Under the pieces are notes generated by a model. That model was not told where the DNA came from. It saw only the letters and a program-made list of their open reading frames with translations, and ran no database searches. From the NCBI RefSeq assembly GCF_024223415.1, contig NZ_CP100500.1: a stretch of DNA of 64,000 nt. The stretch is one strand, 5' to 3'. This stretch comes from Escherichia coli (GTDB taxonomy: Bacteria; Pseudomonadota; Gammaproteobacteria; Enterobacterales; Enterobacteriaceae). Of the stretch, positions 31,437-46,061 are shown piece by piece. Each line of letters starts with the position of its first letter. Positions within the stretch are counted from its first letter, which is position 1. Made by a program: the position numbers and the translations under genes.

Positions 31437-32639
31437 ATGCAAAGTGTTGATGTAGCCATTGTTGGCGGCGGCATGGTGGGGCTGGCGGTTGCCTGCGGCT
31501 TACAGGGTAGCGGCTTACGCGTTGCCGTACTGGAGCAGCGCGTACCGGAACCTCTGGCGGCGGATGCACCACCACAACTGCGCGTTTCGGCTATCAATGC
31601 CGCCAGCGAAAAATTACTCACCCGTCTTGGCGTCTGGCAGGACATTCTCTCTCGTAGGGCCAGTTGCTATCACGGCATGGAAGTGTGGGACAAAGACAGT
31701 TTTGGTCACATTTCGTTTGACGATCAAAGCATGGGCTATAGCCATCTTGGGCATATCGTTGAAAACTCAGTGATTCACTACGCGCTGTGGAACAAAGCGC
31801 ATCAGTCGTCAGATATCACTCTGTTGGCCCCCGCAGAATTACAGCAGGTCGCCTGGGGAGAAAACGAAACCTTCCTGACGCTGAAAGATGGCAGCATGTT
31901 AACGGCGCGTCTGGTGATTGGTGCGGATGGCGCTAATTCCTGGTTGCGCAACAAAGCCGATATTCCGCTGACTTTCTGGGATTATCAGCATCACGCGCTG
32001 GTGGCGACCATTCGCACGGAAGAACCGCATGATGCGGTGGCGCGGCAGGTTTTCCACGGCGAAGGCATTCTGGCCTTTTTGCCGCTTAGCGATCCGCATC
32101 TTTGCTCGATTGTCTGGTCCCTATCGCCAGAGGAAGCGCAGCGGATGCAGCAGGCAGGGGAAGGCGAATTTAATCGCGCGTTAAATATCGCTTTTGATAA
32201 TCGCCTGGGCTTATGCAAGGTCGAGAGCGAGCGTCAGGTGTTCCCGCTGACGGGGCGTTATGCGCGCCAGTTTGCCGCACATCGTCTGGCGCTGGTGGGC
32301 GACGCCGCGCATACCATTCACCCACTGGCGGGGCAGGGCGTTAATCTCGGCTTTATGGACGCCGCAGAGCTGATTGCTGAACTGAAACGGTTGCATCGTC
32401 AGGGTAAAGACATCGGGCAGTACATTTATCTGCGCCGCTATGAGCGTAGTCGCAAGCACAGTGCGGCACTGATGCTGGCAGGTATGCAGGGCTTTCGCGA
32501 TCTCTTTTCCGGCGCTAATCCGGCGAAAAAACTGCTGCGCGATATTGGTCTGAAACTGGCTGATACACTTCCTGGCGTTAAGCCGCAACTTATCCGTCAG
32601 GCAATGGGATTAAACGATTTGCCTGAGTGGCTGCGTTAA
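31437..32639 (+). CDS. ubiI: 2-octaprenylphenol hydroxylase
   Basis: 400 aa, FAD-binding IVGGGMVGLAVA. Confidence 0.9.
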   Translation: MQSVDVAIVGGGMVGLAVACGLQGSGLRVAVLEQRVPEPLAADAPPQLRVSAINAASEKLLTRLGVWQDILSRRASCYHGMEVWDKDSFGHISFDDQSMGYSHLGHIVENSVIHYALWNKAHQSSDITLLAPAELQQVAWGENETFLTLKDGSMLTARLVIGADGANSWLRNKADIPLTFWDYQHHALVATIRTEEPHDAVARQVFHGEGILAFLPLSDPHLCSIVWSLSPEEAQRMQQAGEGEFNRALNIAFDNRLGLCKVESERQVFPLTGRYARQFAAHRLALVGDAAHTIHPLAGQGVNLGFMDAAELIAELKRLHRQGKDIGQYIYLRRYERSRKHSAALMLAGMQGFRDLFSGANPAKKLLRDIGLKLADTLPGVKPQLIRQAMGLNDLPEWLR

Positions 32640-32683
32640 AAATTTCTCTTCTGCTGTTTATTTGATACGCATCACACTTTCAT

Positions 32684-32710
32684 CTCCCGGTTTTTTCGCC
32701 GGGAGATTTT
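32684..32710 (+). terminator. hairpin ctcccgg...ccgggag plus T-rich tail after ubiI
   Basis: Inverted repeat read directly. Confidence 0.5.
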
Positions 32711-32749
32711 CCTCATTTGAAATAAACTAATTTCACTTCCATTTTCGCA

Positions 32750-33086
32750 TTATATTTTCTAATGTCATGAATTTTTGATTTAGTGATTTTTGACATTTTT
32801 TCAGCTCTTAATATTGCCTTATTCAAATTAACTTTCTCATTGCATCATCTTTGTATAGAAACTGGTGTGTTTTTTGGTTTTTTATTCTGTTGCGATTTTT
32901 GCGTTTTCTAACCATAAGCTAATGTGATGATCAATTTTACCTTATGGTTAACAGTCTGTTTCGGTGGTAAGTTCAGGCAAAAGAGAACGATTGCGTTGGG
33001 GACCGGGAGTGGCTCCGATGCTGGGTTTCGTGGTGATAATTTCACCATGAAAAAGTTGTCAGCCCCGCTTATTCAATGAGGACAAG
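32750..33086 (+). promoter_or_regulatory. gcvTHP control region (GcvA/Lrp/PurR/CRP-regulated promoter)
   Basis: Long AT-rich region upstream of gcvT; individual sites not resolved. Confidence 0.5.
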
Positions 33087-34181
33087 ATGGCACAACAGAC
33101 TCCTTTGTACGAACAACATACGCTTTGCGGCGCTCGCATGGTGGATTTCCACGGCTGGATGATGCCGCTGCATTACGGTTCGCAAATCGACGAACATCAC
33201 GCGGTACGTACCGACGCCGGAATGTTTGATGTGTCACATATGACCATCGTCGATCTTCGCGGCAGCCGCACCCGGGAGTTTCTGCGTTATCTGCTGGCGA
33301 ACGATGTGGCTAAGCTCACCAAAAGCGGCAAAGCCCTTTACTCGGGGATGTTGAATGCCTCTGGTGGTGTGATAGATGACCTCATCGTCTACTACTTTAC
33401 TGAAGATTTCTTCCGCCTCGTTGTTAACTCCGCCACCCGCGAAAAAGACCTCTCCTGGATTACCCAACACGCTGAACCTTTCGGCATCGAAATTACCGTT
33501 CGTGATGACCTTTCCATGATTGCCGTACAAGGGCCGAATGCGCAGGCAAAAGCTGCCACACTGTTTAATGACGCCCAGCGTCAGGCGGTGGAAGGGATGA
33601 AACCGTTCTTTGGCGTGCAGGCGGGCGATCTGTTTATTGCCACCACTGGTTATACCGGTGAAGCGGGCTACGAAATTGCGCTGCCCAATGAAAAAGCGGC
33701 GGATTTCTGGCGCGCGCTGGTGGAAGCGGGCGTTAAGCCATGCGGCTTGGGCGCGCGTGACACGCTGCGTCTGGAAGCGGGTATGAATCTTTATAGTCAG
33801 GAGATGGACGAAACCATCTCTCCTTTAGCCGCCAATATGGGCTGGACTATCGCCTGGGAACCGGCAGATCGTGACTTTATCGGTCGTGAAGCTCTGGAAG
33901 CGCAGCGTGAACATGGCACAGAAAAACTGGTTGGTCTGGTGATGACCGAAAAAGGCGTGCTGCGTAATGAACTGCCGGTACGTTTTACCGATGCGCAGGG
34001 CAACCAGCATGAAGGCATTATCACCAGCGGGACTTTCTCCCCGACGCTGGGTTACAGCATTGCGCTGGCGCGCGTGCCGGAAGGTATTGGTGAAACAGCG
34101 ATTGTGCAAATTCGCAACCGTGAAATGCCGGTTAAAGTGACGAAACCTGTTTTTGTGCGTAACGGCAAAGCCGTCGCGTGA
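33087..34181 (+). CDS. gcvT: glycine cleavage T protein (aminomethyltransferase)
   Basis: 364 aa, [11 protein letters not shown]. Confidence 0.95.
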
Positions 34182-34204
34182 TTTACTTTTTTGGAGATTG
34201 ATTG

Positions 34205-34594
34205 ATGAGCAACGTACCAGCAGAACTGAAATACAGCAAAGAACACGAATGGCTGCGTAAAGAAGCCGACGGCACTTACACCGTTGGCATCACCGAACAC
34301 GCCCAGGAGCTGTTAGGCGATATGGTGTTTGTTGACCTGCCGGAAGTAGGCGCAACGGTTAGCGCGGGCGATGACTGCGCGGTTGCTGAATCAGTAAAAG
34401 CGGCGTCAGACATTTATGCGCCAGTAAGCGGTGAAATCGTGGCGGTAAACGACGCACTGAGCGATTCCCCGGAACTGGTGAACAGCGAACCGTATGCAGG
34501 TGGCTGGATCTTTAAAATCAAAGCCAGCGATGAAAGCGAACTGGAATCACTGCTGGATGCGACCGCATACGAAGCATTGTTAGAAGACGAGTAA
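34205..34594 (+). CDS. gcvH: glycine cleavage H protein
   Basis: Start ATG 34205 (track ORF begins at upstream TTG), 129 aa. Confidence 0.95.
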
Positions 34595-34712
34595 CGGCTT
34601 TATTCCTCTTCTGCGGGAGAGGATCAGGGTGAGGAAAATTTATGCCTCACCCTCACTCTCTTCGCAAGGAGAGAGGTTCACAATTCACTGCACGTTTCAG
34701 GAACCATCGCTC

Positions 34713-37586
34713 ATGACACAGACGTTAAGCCAGCTTGAAAACCGCGGCGCTTTTATTGAACGCCATATCGGACCGGACGCCGCGCAACAGCAAGAAATGC
34801 TGAATGCCGTTGGCGCGCAATCGTTAAACGCGCTGACCGGCCAGATTGTACCGAAAGATATTCAGCTTGCGACCCCGCCGCAGGTTGGCGCACCGGCGAC
34901 CGAATACGCCGCGCTGGCGGAACTCAAGGCTATTGCCAGTCGCAATAAACGCTTCACGTCTTACATCGGCATGGGTTACACCGCCGTGCAGTTACCGCCG
35001 GTTATCCTGCGTAACATGCTGGAAAATCCGGGCTGGTATACCGCGTATACTCCGTATCAACCTGAAGTCTCGCAGGGCCGCCTTGAGGCACTGCTCAATT
35101 TCCAGCAGGTAACGCTGGATTTAACCGGGCTGGATATGGCCTCTGCTTCTCTTCTTGACGAAGCCACCGCTGCCGCCGAAGCAATGGCGATGGCGAAACG
35201 CGTCAGCAAACTGAAAAATGCCAACCGCTTCTTCGTGGCTTCCGATGTGCATCCGCAAACGCTGGATGTGGTCCGTACTCGTGCCGAAACCTTTGGTTTT
35301 GAAGTGATTGTCGATGATGCGCAAAAAGTGCTCGACCATCAGGACGTCTTCGGCGTGCTGTTACAGCAGGTTGGCACTACCGGTGAAATTCACGACTACA
35401 CTGCGCTTATCAGCGAACTGAAATCACGCAAAATTGTGGTCAGCGTTGCCGCTGATATTATGGCGCTGGTGCTGTTAACTGCGCCGGGTAAACAGGGCGC
35501 GGATATTGTTTTTGGTTCGGCGCAACGCTTTGGCGTACCGATGGGTTACGGTGGCCCCCACGCGGCATTCTTTGCGGCGAAAGACGAATACAAACGCTCA
35601 ATGCCAGGCCGTATTATCGGTGTATCGAAGGATGCAGCTGGCAATACCGCGCTGCGCATGGCGATGCAGACTCGCGAGCAACATATTCGTCGTGAGAAAG
35701 CGAACTCCAACATTTGTACTTCCCAGGTGCTGCTGGCAAACATTGCCAGTCTGTATGCCGTTTACCACGGTCCGGTTGGCCTGAAACGTATCGCAAACCG
35801 CATTCACCGTCTGACCGATATCCTGGCAGTGGGCCTGCAACAAAAAGGTCTGAAACTGCGCCATGCGCACTATTTCGACACTTTGTGTGTGGAAGTAGCC
35901 GACAAAGCGGGCGTACTGGCGCGTGCCGAAGCGGCTGAAATCAACCTGCGTAGCGATATTCTGAACGCGGTGGGGATCACCCTTGATGAAACCACCACGC
36001 GTGAAAACGTGATGCAGCTTTTCAGCGTGCTGCTGGGGGATAATCACGGGCTGGACATCGACACGCTGGACAAAGACGTGGCTCACGACAGCCGCTCTAT
36101 CCAGCCTGCGATGCTGCGCGACGACGAAATCCTCACCCATCCGGTGTTTAATCGCTACCACAGCGAAACCGAAATGATGCGCTATATGCACTCGCTGGAG
36201 CGTAAAGATCTGGCGCTGAATCAGGCGATGATCCCGCTGGGTTCCTGCACCATGAAATTGAACGCCGCCGCCGAGATGATCCCAATCACCTGGCCGGAAT
36301 TTGCCGAACTGCATCCGTTCTGCCCGCCGGAGCAGGCCGAAGGTTATCAGCAGATGATTGCGCAGCTGGCTGACTGGCTGGTGAAACTGACCGGTTACGA
36401 CGCCGTTTGTATGCAGCCGAACTCTGGCGCACAGGGCGAATACGCGGGCCTGCTGGCGATTCGTCATTATCATGAAAGCCGCAACGAAGGGCATCGCGAT
36501 ATCTGCCTGATCCCGGCTTCTGCGCACGGCACTAACCCTGCTTCTGCACATATGGCAGGAATGCAGGTGGTGGTTGTGGCATGTGATAAAAACGGCAACA
36601 TCGATCTGGCTGATCTGCGCGCGAAAGCGGAACAGGCGGGCGATAACCTCTCCTGTATCATGGTGACCTATCCTTCCACCCACGGCGTGTATGAAGAAAC
36701 GATCCGTGAAGTGTGTGAAGTCGTGCATCAGTTCGGCGGTCAGGTTTACCTTGATGGCGCGAACATGAACGCCCAGGTTGGCATCACCTCGCCGGGCTTT
36801 ATTGGTGCGGACGTTTCACACCTTAACCTACATAAAACTTTCTGCATTCCGCACGGCGGTGGTGGGCCGGGTATGGGACCGATCGGTGTGAAAGCGCATC
36901 TGGCTCCGTTTGTACCGGGTCATAGCGTGGTGCAAATCGAAGGCATGTTAACCCGTCAGGGCGCGGTTTCTGCGGCACCGTTCGGTAGCGCCTCTATCCT
37001 GCCAATCAGCTGGATGTACATCCGCATGATGGGCGCAGAAGGGCTGAAAAAAGCAAGCCAGGTGGCAATCCTCAACGCCAACTATATTGCCAGCCGCCTG
37101 CAGGATGCCTTCCCGGTGCTGTATACCGGTCGCGACGGTCGCGTGGCGCACGAATGTATTCTCGATATTCGCCCGCTGAAAGAAGAAACCGGCATCAGCG
37201 AGCTGGATATTGCCAAGCGCCTGATCGACTACGGTTTCCACGCGCCGACGATGTCGTTCCCGGTGGCGGGTACGCTGATGGTTGAACCGACTGAATCTGA
37301 AAGCAAAGTGGAACTGGATCGCTTTATCGACGCGATGCTGGCTATCCGCGCAGAAATTGATCAGGTGAAAGCCGGTGTCTGGCCGCTGGAAGATAACCCG
37401 CTGGTGAACGCGCCGCACATTCAGAGCGAACTGGTCGCCGAGTGGGCGCATCCGTACAGCCGTGAAGTTGCGGTATTCCCGGCAGGCGTGGCAGACAAAT
37501 ACTGGCCGACAGTGAAACGTCTGGATGATGTTTACGGCGACCGTAACCTGTTCTGCTCCTGCGTACCGATTAGCGAATACCAGTAA
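34713..37586 (+). CDS. gcvP: glycine dehydrogenase (decarboxylating), P protein
   Basis: Start [22 protein letters not shown], 957 aa. Confidence 0.95.
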   Translation: MTQTLSQLENRGAFIERHIGPDAAQQQEMLNAVGAQSLNALTGQIVPKDIQLATPPQVGAPATEYAALAELKAIASRNKRFTSYIGMGYTAVQLPPVILRNMLENPGWYTAYTPYQPEVSQGRLEALLNFQQVTLDLTGLDMASASLLDEATAAAEAMAMAKRVSKLKNANRFFVASDVHPQTLDVVRTRAETFGFEVIVDDAQKVLDHQDVFGVLLQQVGTTGEIHDYTALISELKSRKIVVSVAADIMALVLLTAPGKQGADIVFGSAQRFGVPMGYGGPHAAFFAAKDEYKRSMPGRIIGVSKDAAGNTALRMAMQTREQHIRREKANSNICTSQVLLANIASLYAVYHGPVGLKRIANRIHRLTDILAVGLQQKGLKLRHAHYFDTLCVEVADKAGVLARAEAAEINLRSDILNAVGITLDETTTRENVMQLFSVLLGDNHGLDIDTLDKDVAHDSRSIQPAMLRDDEILTHPVFNRYHSETEMMRYMHSLERKDLALNQAMIPLGSCTMKLNAAAEMIPITWPEFAELHPFCPPEQAEGYQQMIAQLADWLVKLTGYDAVCMQPNSGAQGEYAGLLAIRHYHESRNEGHRDICLIPASAHGTNPASAHMAGMQVVVVACDKNGNIDLADLRAKAEQAGDNLSCIMVTYPSTHGVYEETIREVCEVVHQFGGQVYLDGANMNAQVGITSPGFIGADVSHLNLHKTFCIPHGGGGPGMGPIGVKAHLAPFVPGHSVVQIEGMLTRQGAVSAAPFGSASILPISWMYIRMMGAEGLKKASQVAILNANYIASRLQDAFPVLYTGRDGRVAHECILDIRPLKEETGISELDIAKRLIDYGFHAPTMSFPVAGTLMVEPTESESKVELDRFIDAMLAIRAEIDQVKAGVWPLEDNPLVNAPHIQSELVAEWAHPYSREVAVFPAGVADKYWPTVKRLDDVYGDRNLFCSCVPISEYQ

Positions 37587-37608
37587 TTCACTGATTCGAC
37601 TATCTTCT

Positions 37609-37631
37609 AAAGGCGCTTCGGCGCCTTTTTA
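37609..37631 (+). terminator. gcvTHP rho-independent terminator
   Basis: aggcgc-ttcg-gcgcct hairpin plus T-run. Confidence 0.75.
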
Positions 37632-37704
37632 GCTTGTTAATAAAGTGCGCTTTGTGTGTCGGATGAAGCGTAAATATAAAATCCTGGAGTTCAATATATG
37701 ACAG

Positions 37705-37740
37705 GAGCGCCAGGCCTGATGAGCGGGGCGCATCAGGCAC
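37705..37740. repeat. REP-like palindrome between convergent gcvP and bglA
   Basis: gccaggcctgatgagcggggcgcatcaggc. Confidence 0.5.
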
Positions 37741-37749
37741 ATCGGGTAA

Positions 37750-39210
<1,461 letters not shown>

Positions 39211-39227
39211 TTACAGGAAATAGTACC

Positions 39228-39539
39228 ATGCAGCCAAACGACATCACTTTTTTTCAACGTTTCCAGGATGACATTCTGGCTGGGCGTAAAACCATCACCA
39301 TCCGCGACGAGTCTGAATCGCACTTCAAAACGGGTGATGTGCTTCGTGTCGGGCGTTTTGAAGATGACGGTTATTTTTGCACGATTGAAGTCACCGCAAC
39401 CTCAACCGTAACGCTGGATACGCTGACGGAAAAACATGCAGAGCAGGAAAATATGACCCTGACTGAACTGAAAAAGGTCATTGCCGACATCTATCCCGGT
39501 CAGACACAGTTTTATGTGATTGAATTTAAATGTCTTTAA
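39228..39539 (+). CDS. yqfB: ASCH-domain protein
   Basis: 103 aa; synteny. Confidence 0.85.
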   Translation: MQPNDITFFQRFQDDILAGRKTITIRDESESHFKTGDVLRVGRFEDDGYFCTIEVTATSTVTLDTLTEKHAEQENMTLTELKKVIADIYPGQTQFYVIEFKCL

Positions 39540-39699
39540 ATTGAACTCACGCCTGTTAGTTGAAATTTCGCATTTAATTTCATGATTTTTAGGGGATTAG
39601 TCTCAAATCAGAATTTATTTTAGCTAACAGGTGTTCACTGGAACTATTCTCAGTTACGCTGGAGAGGTATACATGTGCGTGTACGTTTCTCCGGAGTAA

Positions 39700-40362
<663 letters not shown>

Positions 40363-40371
40363 TGGGTATGC

Positions 40372-40397
40372 CTTTGTAGGCCTGATAAGACGCGCCA
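40372..40397. repeat. left half of a REP palindromic unit split by the IS
   Basis: gcctttgtaggcctgataagacgcgcca ending in GCCA at the IS boundary. Confidence 0.7.
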
Positions 40398-40927
40398 TGA
40401 ACTGCACCCCAAATGTTGGACATAATCTGACATCTGAAGGTGCAGTTTATGAAACATTCATTTGAAGTAAAACTTGCCGCTGTAAATCATTACCTGGCCG
40501 GTCATGCAGGCATCATTTCTACGGCAAAACTCTTTCAACTTTCTCACACCAGCCTCTCACACTGGATTAATCTTTTTCTTCTTCACGGTCCTCAGGCACT
40601 GGATTGCAGACACAAGCGTAGCTATTCTCCTGAAGATAAACTTTGCGTGGTTCTTTATGCTCTCGGGCATTCTGAGTCTCTACCCCGGGTAGCTGCCCGG
40701 TTTAACATTCCCAGCCACAACATGGTTAAAAACTGGATAAAAGGCTACCGCAAATCTGGTAATGAGGCCTTTATCAGGCGCAGGAAGGAGAAAAGCATGA
40801 CCCGTTCTGATGATACCCATGAAAACGAGGCAAACATGACGCCGGAAGAGATGAAGAATGAGCTGCGTTATCTTCGCGCAGAAAATGCATATCTGAAAGC
40901 CATGCAGGAGCATCTCCTGGAAAAAAA

Positions 40928-41829
<902 letters not shown>

Positions 41830-41870
41830 GCCAGCGTCGCATCAGGCGATAAATGCCTGATGCGACACAG
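41830..41870. repeat. right half of the REP palindromic unit split by the IS
   Basis: gccagcgtcgcatcaggcgataaatgcctgatgcgac. Confidence 0.7.
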
Positions 41871-41874
41871 AGAT

Positions 41875-42855
41875 TTACTCTTCGAGCGAATACGGCAGCG
41901 GCTCGATATGCAATGTATTCGCATCGTCACGCACGCGGAAGATGCTGTCCGGTTCCATATCGTTATTCATGACGACCTGTACCACGACCTGACCATCTTC
42001 CAGTTTTACCGCAGCCAGCACCGTACCGGTGCGACGCCAGTTCTCGCCCATTTTCAGCTCTAAATCTTCACCAGCTTCCGGCAGTCGGCTGGCACTACCT
42101 GTCAGCAACCAGAGCGCGCGTTTGTTGGCACCACGGAATTTTGCTCGCGCCACCATCTCTTGTCCGGTATAGCAGCCTTTCTTAAAGCTGATACCGCCCA
42201 GCGCCTGGAGATTGGTCGCCTGTGGAATAAACTGCCCGCTGTTGGCGGCATCAATCACCGGGAAACCCGCTTCAATGTTTAATGCCAGCCACTGTTGGCT
42301 ATTGTTCAGTTCCGCTTCACCGCGCAGTTTATCGGTCAGCATATTGGCAGTAGCTTCATCGGTTACGATCAGGAAACGTTCTGCCGGGTGTTCAAACCAT
42401 AGCAAAGTGGTCGCGCCTTCTTTAACTACCTGTTTTTCTTTCGAAGGCAGTTCACTAAAGAGATTGGCCAGTGCGGCGCGCGCCTGAAAACCGGCAACAC
42501 CAAGCAGCACACGCTCGTCGTCTGGCGCGATGGTCACTTTAGAGAATACCGCATATTTTTTCAGTTCAGTCAGCTGCGGTTCACGCACGCTGCGCCGTTC
42601 AATCCACGCAAAGCCATCGCCGTCGCGGAACAGACGTAAATTGCTCCACATTTTACCTTTGGCGTCGCAATGGGCGGCCAGCAGGTGCTGATCTACTGTC
42701 ATCTGGCTGACGTCTGCTGTCACCTGACCCTGCATATATTTTTCGCTGTCCGCGCCAGTAATGGTGGCAAGCGCCCAGTCATCAAGCGTCATCAGTGTCA
42801 GTGGCAAACGGGCAGAAGCCGTAGGCTGACGGGGAGGAAAAGGTGTAAAAGCCAT
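41875..42855 (-). CDS. ygfZ: folate-binding Fe-S cluster repair protein
   Basis: 326 aa; synteny. Confidence 0.85.
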   Translation of the reverse strand: MAFTPFPPRQPTASARLPLTLMTLDDWALATITGADSEKYMQGQVTADVSQMTVDQHLLAAHCDAKGKMWSNLRLFRDGDGFAWIERRSVREPQLTELKKYAVFSKVTIAPDDERVLLGVAGFQARAALANLFSELPSKEKQVVKEGATTLLWFEHPAERFLIVTDEATANMLTDKLRGEAELNNSQQWLALNIEAGFPVIDAANSGQFIPQATNLQALGGISFKKGCYTGQEMVARAKFRGANKRALWLLTGSASRLPEAGEDLELKMGENWRRTGTVLAAVKLEDGQVVVQVVMNNDMEPDSIFRVRDDANTLHIEPLPYSLEE

Positions 42856-43085
42856 AATAGAGTCCTGAGTTGCTTAACGGCGTATTAATAACTAATGGTA
42901 AAAGAGCTATGAGGCAATGCAAGTGCTTTCACTACGCGATCTGTGCCTTCTGCGAGGCGACTTCCAAAAAAATGAAGCCCTTGAATTGTTGTGAATTAAT
43001 TTCGCGATCGCGATTGTGTTTACTGATATTCCCGTAAAAGAAGTCGAAAAACACGTTACAATAGCGGGGTACTGGATTTTCGTGA

Positions 43086-43752
<667 letters not shown>

Positions 43753-43791
43753 AGATGACGGCAAAGCATATGCGCTAAGCCGTCAGTGAGA

Positions 43792-44313
43792 TCAGGCGTA
43801 ATGCTCTGCCATTTCGTTGAGGATTTGCTCGCACCAGCTCTGAATACGCTCGTCGCTAAGGTCATACTGGTTAGTTTCATCCAGCGCCAGACCCACGAAC
43901 AGTTGCCCGTCAGCAATCACCGGTTTCGGGCTGGTAAATTCATATCCTTCCGTTGGCCAGTAGCCGACGAACTTTACGCCTTTGGTCGAGAGTTTGTCAT
44001 GCAGCATACCGAGCGCATCGAGGAACCACTCGCCGTATCCCAGTTGATCGCCAAGCCCATACAGCGCAACAATTTTACCTTCGAGGTTCAGGTCGTCGAG
44101 CTGATCCCAGACGGCTTCCCAGTCTTCCTGGATTTCACCAAAATCCCAGGTCGGGATACCCAGAATGAGCACATCGTACTGCTCCATTAATTTCGGGGAG
44201 TCGTCCTTGAGGTTATGTAAGGTCACCAGTTCTGGGCCGATAATATCGCGGATTTTTTCTGCCGCCATTTCGGTGTAACAGGTGCTGGAACCGTAAAAAA
44301 GACCCATATTCAT
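43792..44313 (-). CDS. fldB: flavodoxin 2
   Basis: 173 aa, [15 protein letters not shown]. Confidence 0.9.
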
Positions 44314-44424
44314 AACGTAAGCTTCTCGATTCTGCTGTGGCTTTTGCGGCTAGTGTATCAGAATCGCTTTAGTCACGGCACAATAAGGCATAATGGATCA
44401 AATGAGTGACCATAAGGGGCGCAA

Positions 44425-45321
44425 GTGAAACAGGATCTGGCACGCATCGAGCAGTTTCTTGATGCTCTGTGGCTGGAAAAAAATCTGGCTGAAAATACGT
44501 TGAACGCTTACCGTCGCGATCTGTCAATGATGGTGGAGTGGTTGCATCACCGCGGGTTGACGCTGGCGACGGCGCAATGTGACGATTTGCAGGCATTACT
44601 GGCAGAACGGCTGGAGGGCGGGTATAAAGCCACCAGCTCAGCGCGTTTGCTGAGTGCAGTGCGCCGATTGTTCCAGTATCTTTATCGCGAAAAGTTTCGT
44701 GAAGACGATCCCAGTGCGCATCTCGCTTCACCGAAATTGCCCCAGCGTTTGCCAAAAGATTTAAGCGAAGCGCAGGTTGAACGTTTATTACAGGCTCCAT
44801 TAATTGATCAGCCACTGGAGCTACGCGATAAAGCCATGCTTGAAGTGTTGTATGCTACCGGGCTGCGTGTCTCTGAACTGGTCGGACTGACAATGAGTGA
44901 TATCAGCCTGCGTCAGGGCGTAGTGCGGGTCATTGGTAAAGGCAACAAAGAGCGCCTGGTGCCGTTAGGTGAAGAGGCGGTTTACTGGCTGGAAACCTAT
45001 CTGGAACATGGGCGTCCGTGGCTGCTGAATGGTGTGTCAATTGACGTGTTGTTTCCCAGCCAGCGTGCGCAGCAGATGACGCGACAGACCTTCTGGCACC
45101 GTATTAAACATTATGCCGTGCTGGCGGGTATCGACAGCGAAAAGCTGTCACCGCATGTGTTGCGTCACGCTTTTGCCACTCATTTATTAAATCATGGTGC
45201 GGATTTACGCGTGGTGCAGATGCTACTGGGCCACAGCGATCTTTCCACCACGCAAATTTATACGCATGTCGCTACCGAGCGTCTGCGGCAACTTCATCAA
45301 CAGCATCACCCGCGGGCGTGA
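44425..45321 (+). CDS. xerD: tyrosine recombinase XerD
   Basis: 298 aa, C-terminal RHxxxxH...Y catalytic region. Confidence 0.95.
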   Translation: MKQDLARIEQFLDALWLEKNLAENTLNAYRRDLSMMVEWLHHRGLTLATAQCDDLQALLAERLEGGYKATSSARLLSAVRRLFQYLYREKFREDDPSAHLASPKLPQRLPKDLSEAQVERLLQAPLIDQPLELRDKAMLEVLYATGLRVSELVGLTMSDISLRQGVVRVIGKGNKERLVPLGEEAVYWLETYLEHGRPWLLNGVSIDVLFPSQRAQQMTRQTFWHRIKHYAVLAGIDSEKLSPHVLRHAFATHLLNHGADLRVVQMLLGHSDLSTTQIYTHVATERLRQLHQQHHPRA

Positions 45322-45345
45322 TGTCTGAAAAGAACGGGAAGATTT

Positions 45346-46056
45346 ATGAAGAAAGGTTTTATGTTGTTTACTTTGTTAGCGGCGTTTTCAGGCTTTGCTC
45401 AGGCTGATGACGCGGCAATTCAACAAACGTTAGCCAAAATGGGCATCAAAAGCAGCGATATTCAGCCCGCGCCCGTAGCTGGCATGAAGACAGTTCTGAC
45501 TAACAGCGGTGTGTTGTACATCACCGATGATGGTAAACATATCATTCAGGGGCCAATGTATGACGTTAGCGGCACGGCTCCGGTCAATGTCACCAATAAG
45601 ATGCTGTTAAAGCAGTTGAATGCGCTTGAAAAAGAGATGATCGTTTATAAAGCGCCGCAGGAAAAACACGTCATCACCGTGTTTACTGATATTACCTGTG
45701 GTTACTGCCACAAACTGCATGAGCAAATGGCAGACTATAACGCGCTGGGGATCACCGTGCGTTATCTTGCCTTCCCGCGCCAGGGGCTGGACAGCGATGC
45801 AGAGAAAGAAATGAAAGCTATCTGGTGTTCGAAAGATAAAAACAAAGCGTTTGATGATGTGATGGCAGGTAAAAGCGTCGCACCAGCCAGCTGCGACGTG
45901 GATATTGCCGACCATTACGCACTTGGCGTCCAGCTTGGCGTTAGTGGTACTCCGGCAGTTGTGCTGAGCAATGGCACACTTGTTCCGGGTTACCAGCCGC
46001 CGAAAGAGATGAAAGAATTCCTCGACGAACACCAAAAAATGACCAGCGGTAAATAA
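45346..46056 (+). CDS. dsbC: thiol:disulfide interchange protein DsbC
   Basis: 236 aa, signal peptide, CGYC active site. Confidence 0.95.
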   Translation: MKKGFMLFTLLAAFSGFAQADDAAIQQTLAKMGIKSSDIQPAPVAGMKTVLTNSGVLYITDDGKHIIQGPMYDVSGTAPVNVTNKMLLKQLNALEKEMIVYKAPQEKHVITVFTDITCGYCHKLHEQMADYNALGITVRYLAFPRQGLDSDAEKEMKAIWCSKDKNKAFDDVMAGKSVAPASCDVDIADHYALGVQLGVSGTPAVVLSNGTLVPGYQPPKEMKEFLDEHQKMTSGK

Positions 46057-46061
46057 TTCGC

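Noticed and set aside
35598-36728. 376-aa minus-strand ORF inside gcvP
   Set aside because: Antisense to gcvP, His-rich low-complexity translation, no ribosome-binding site recognised.
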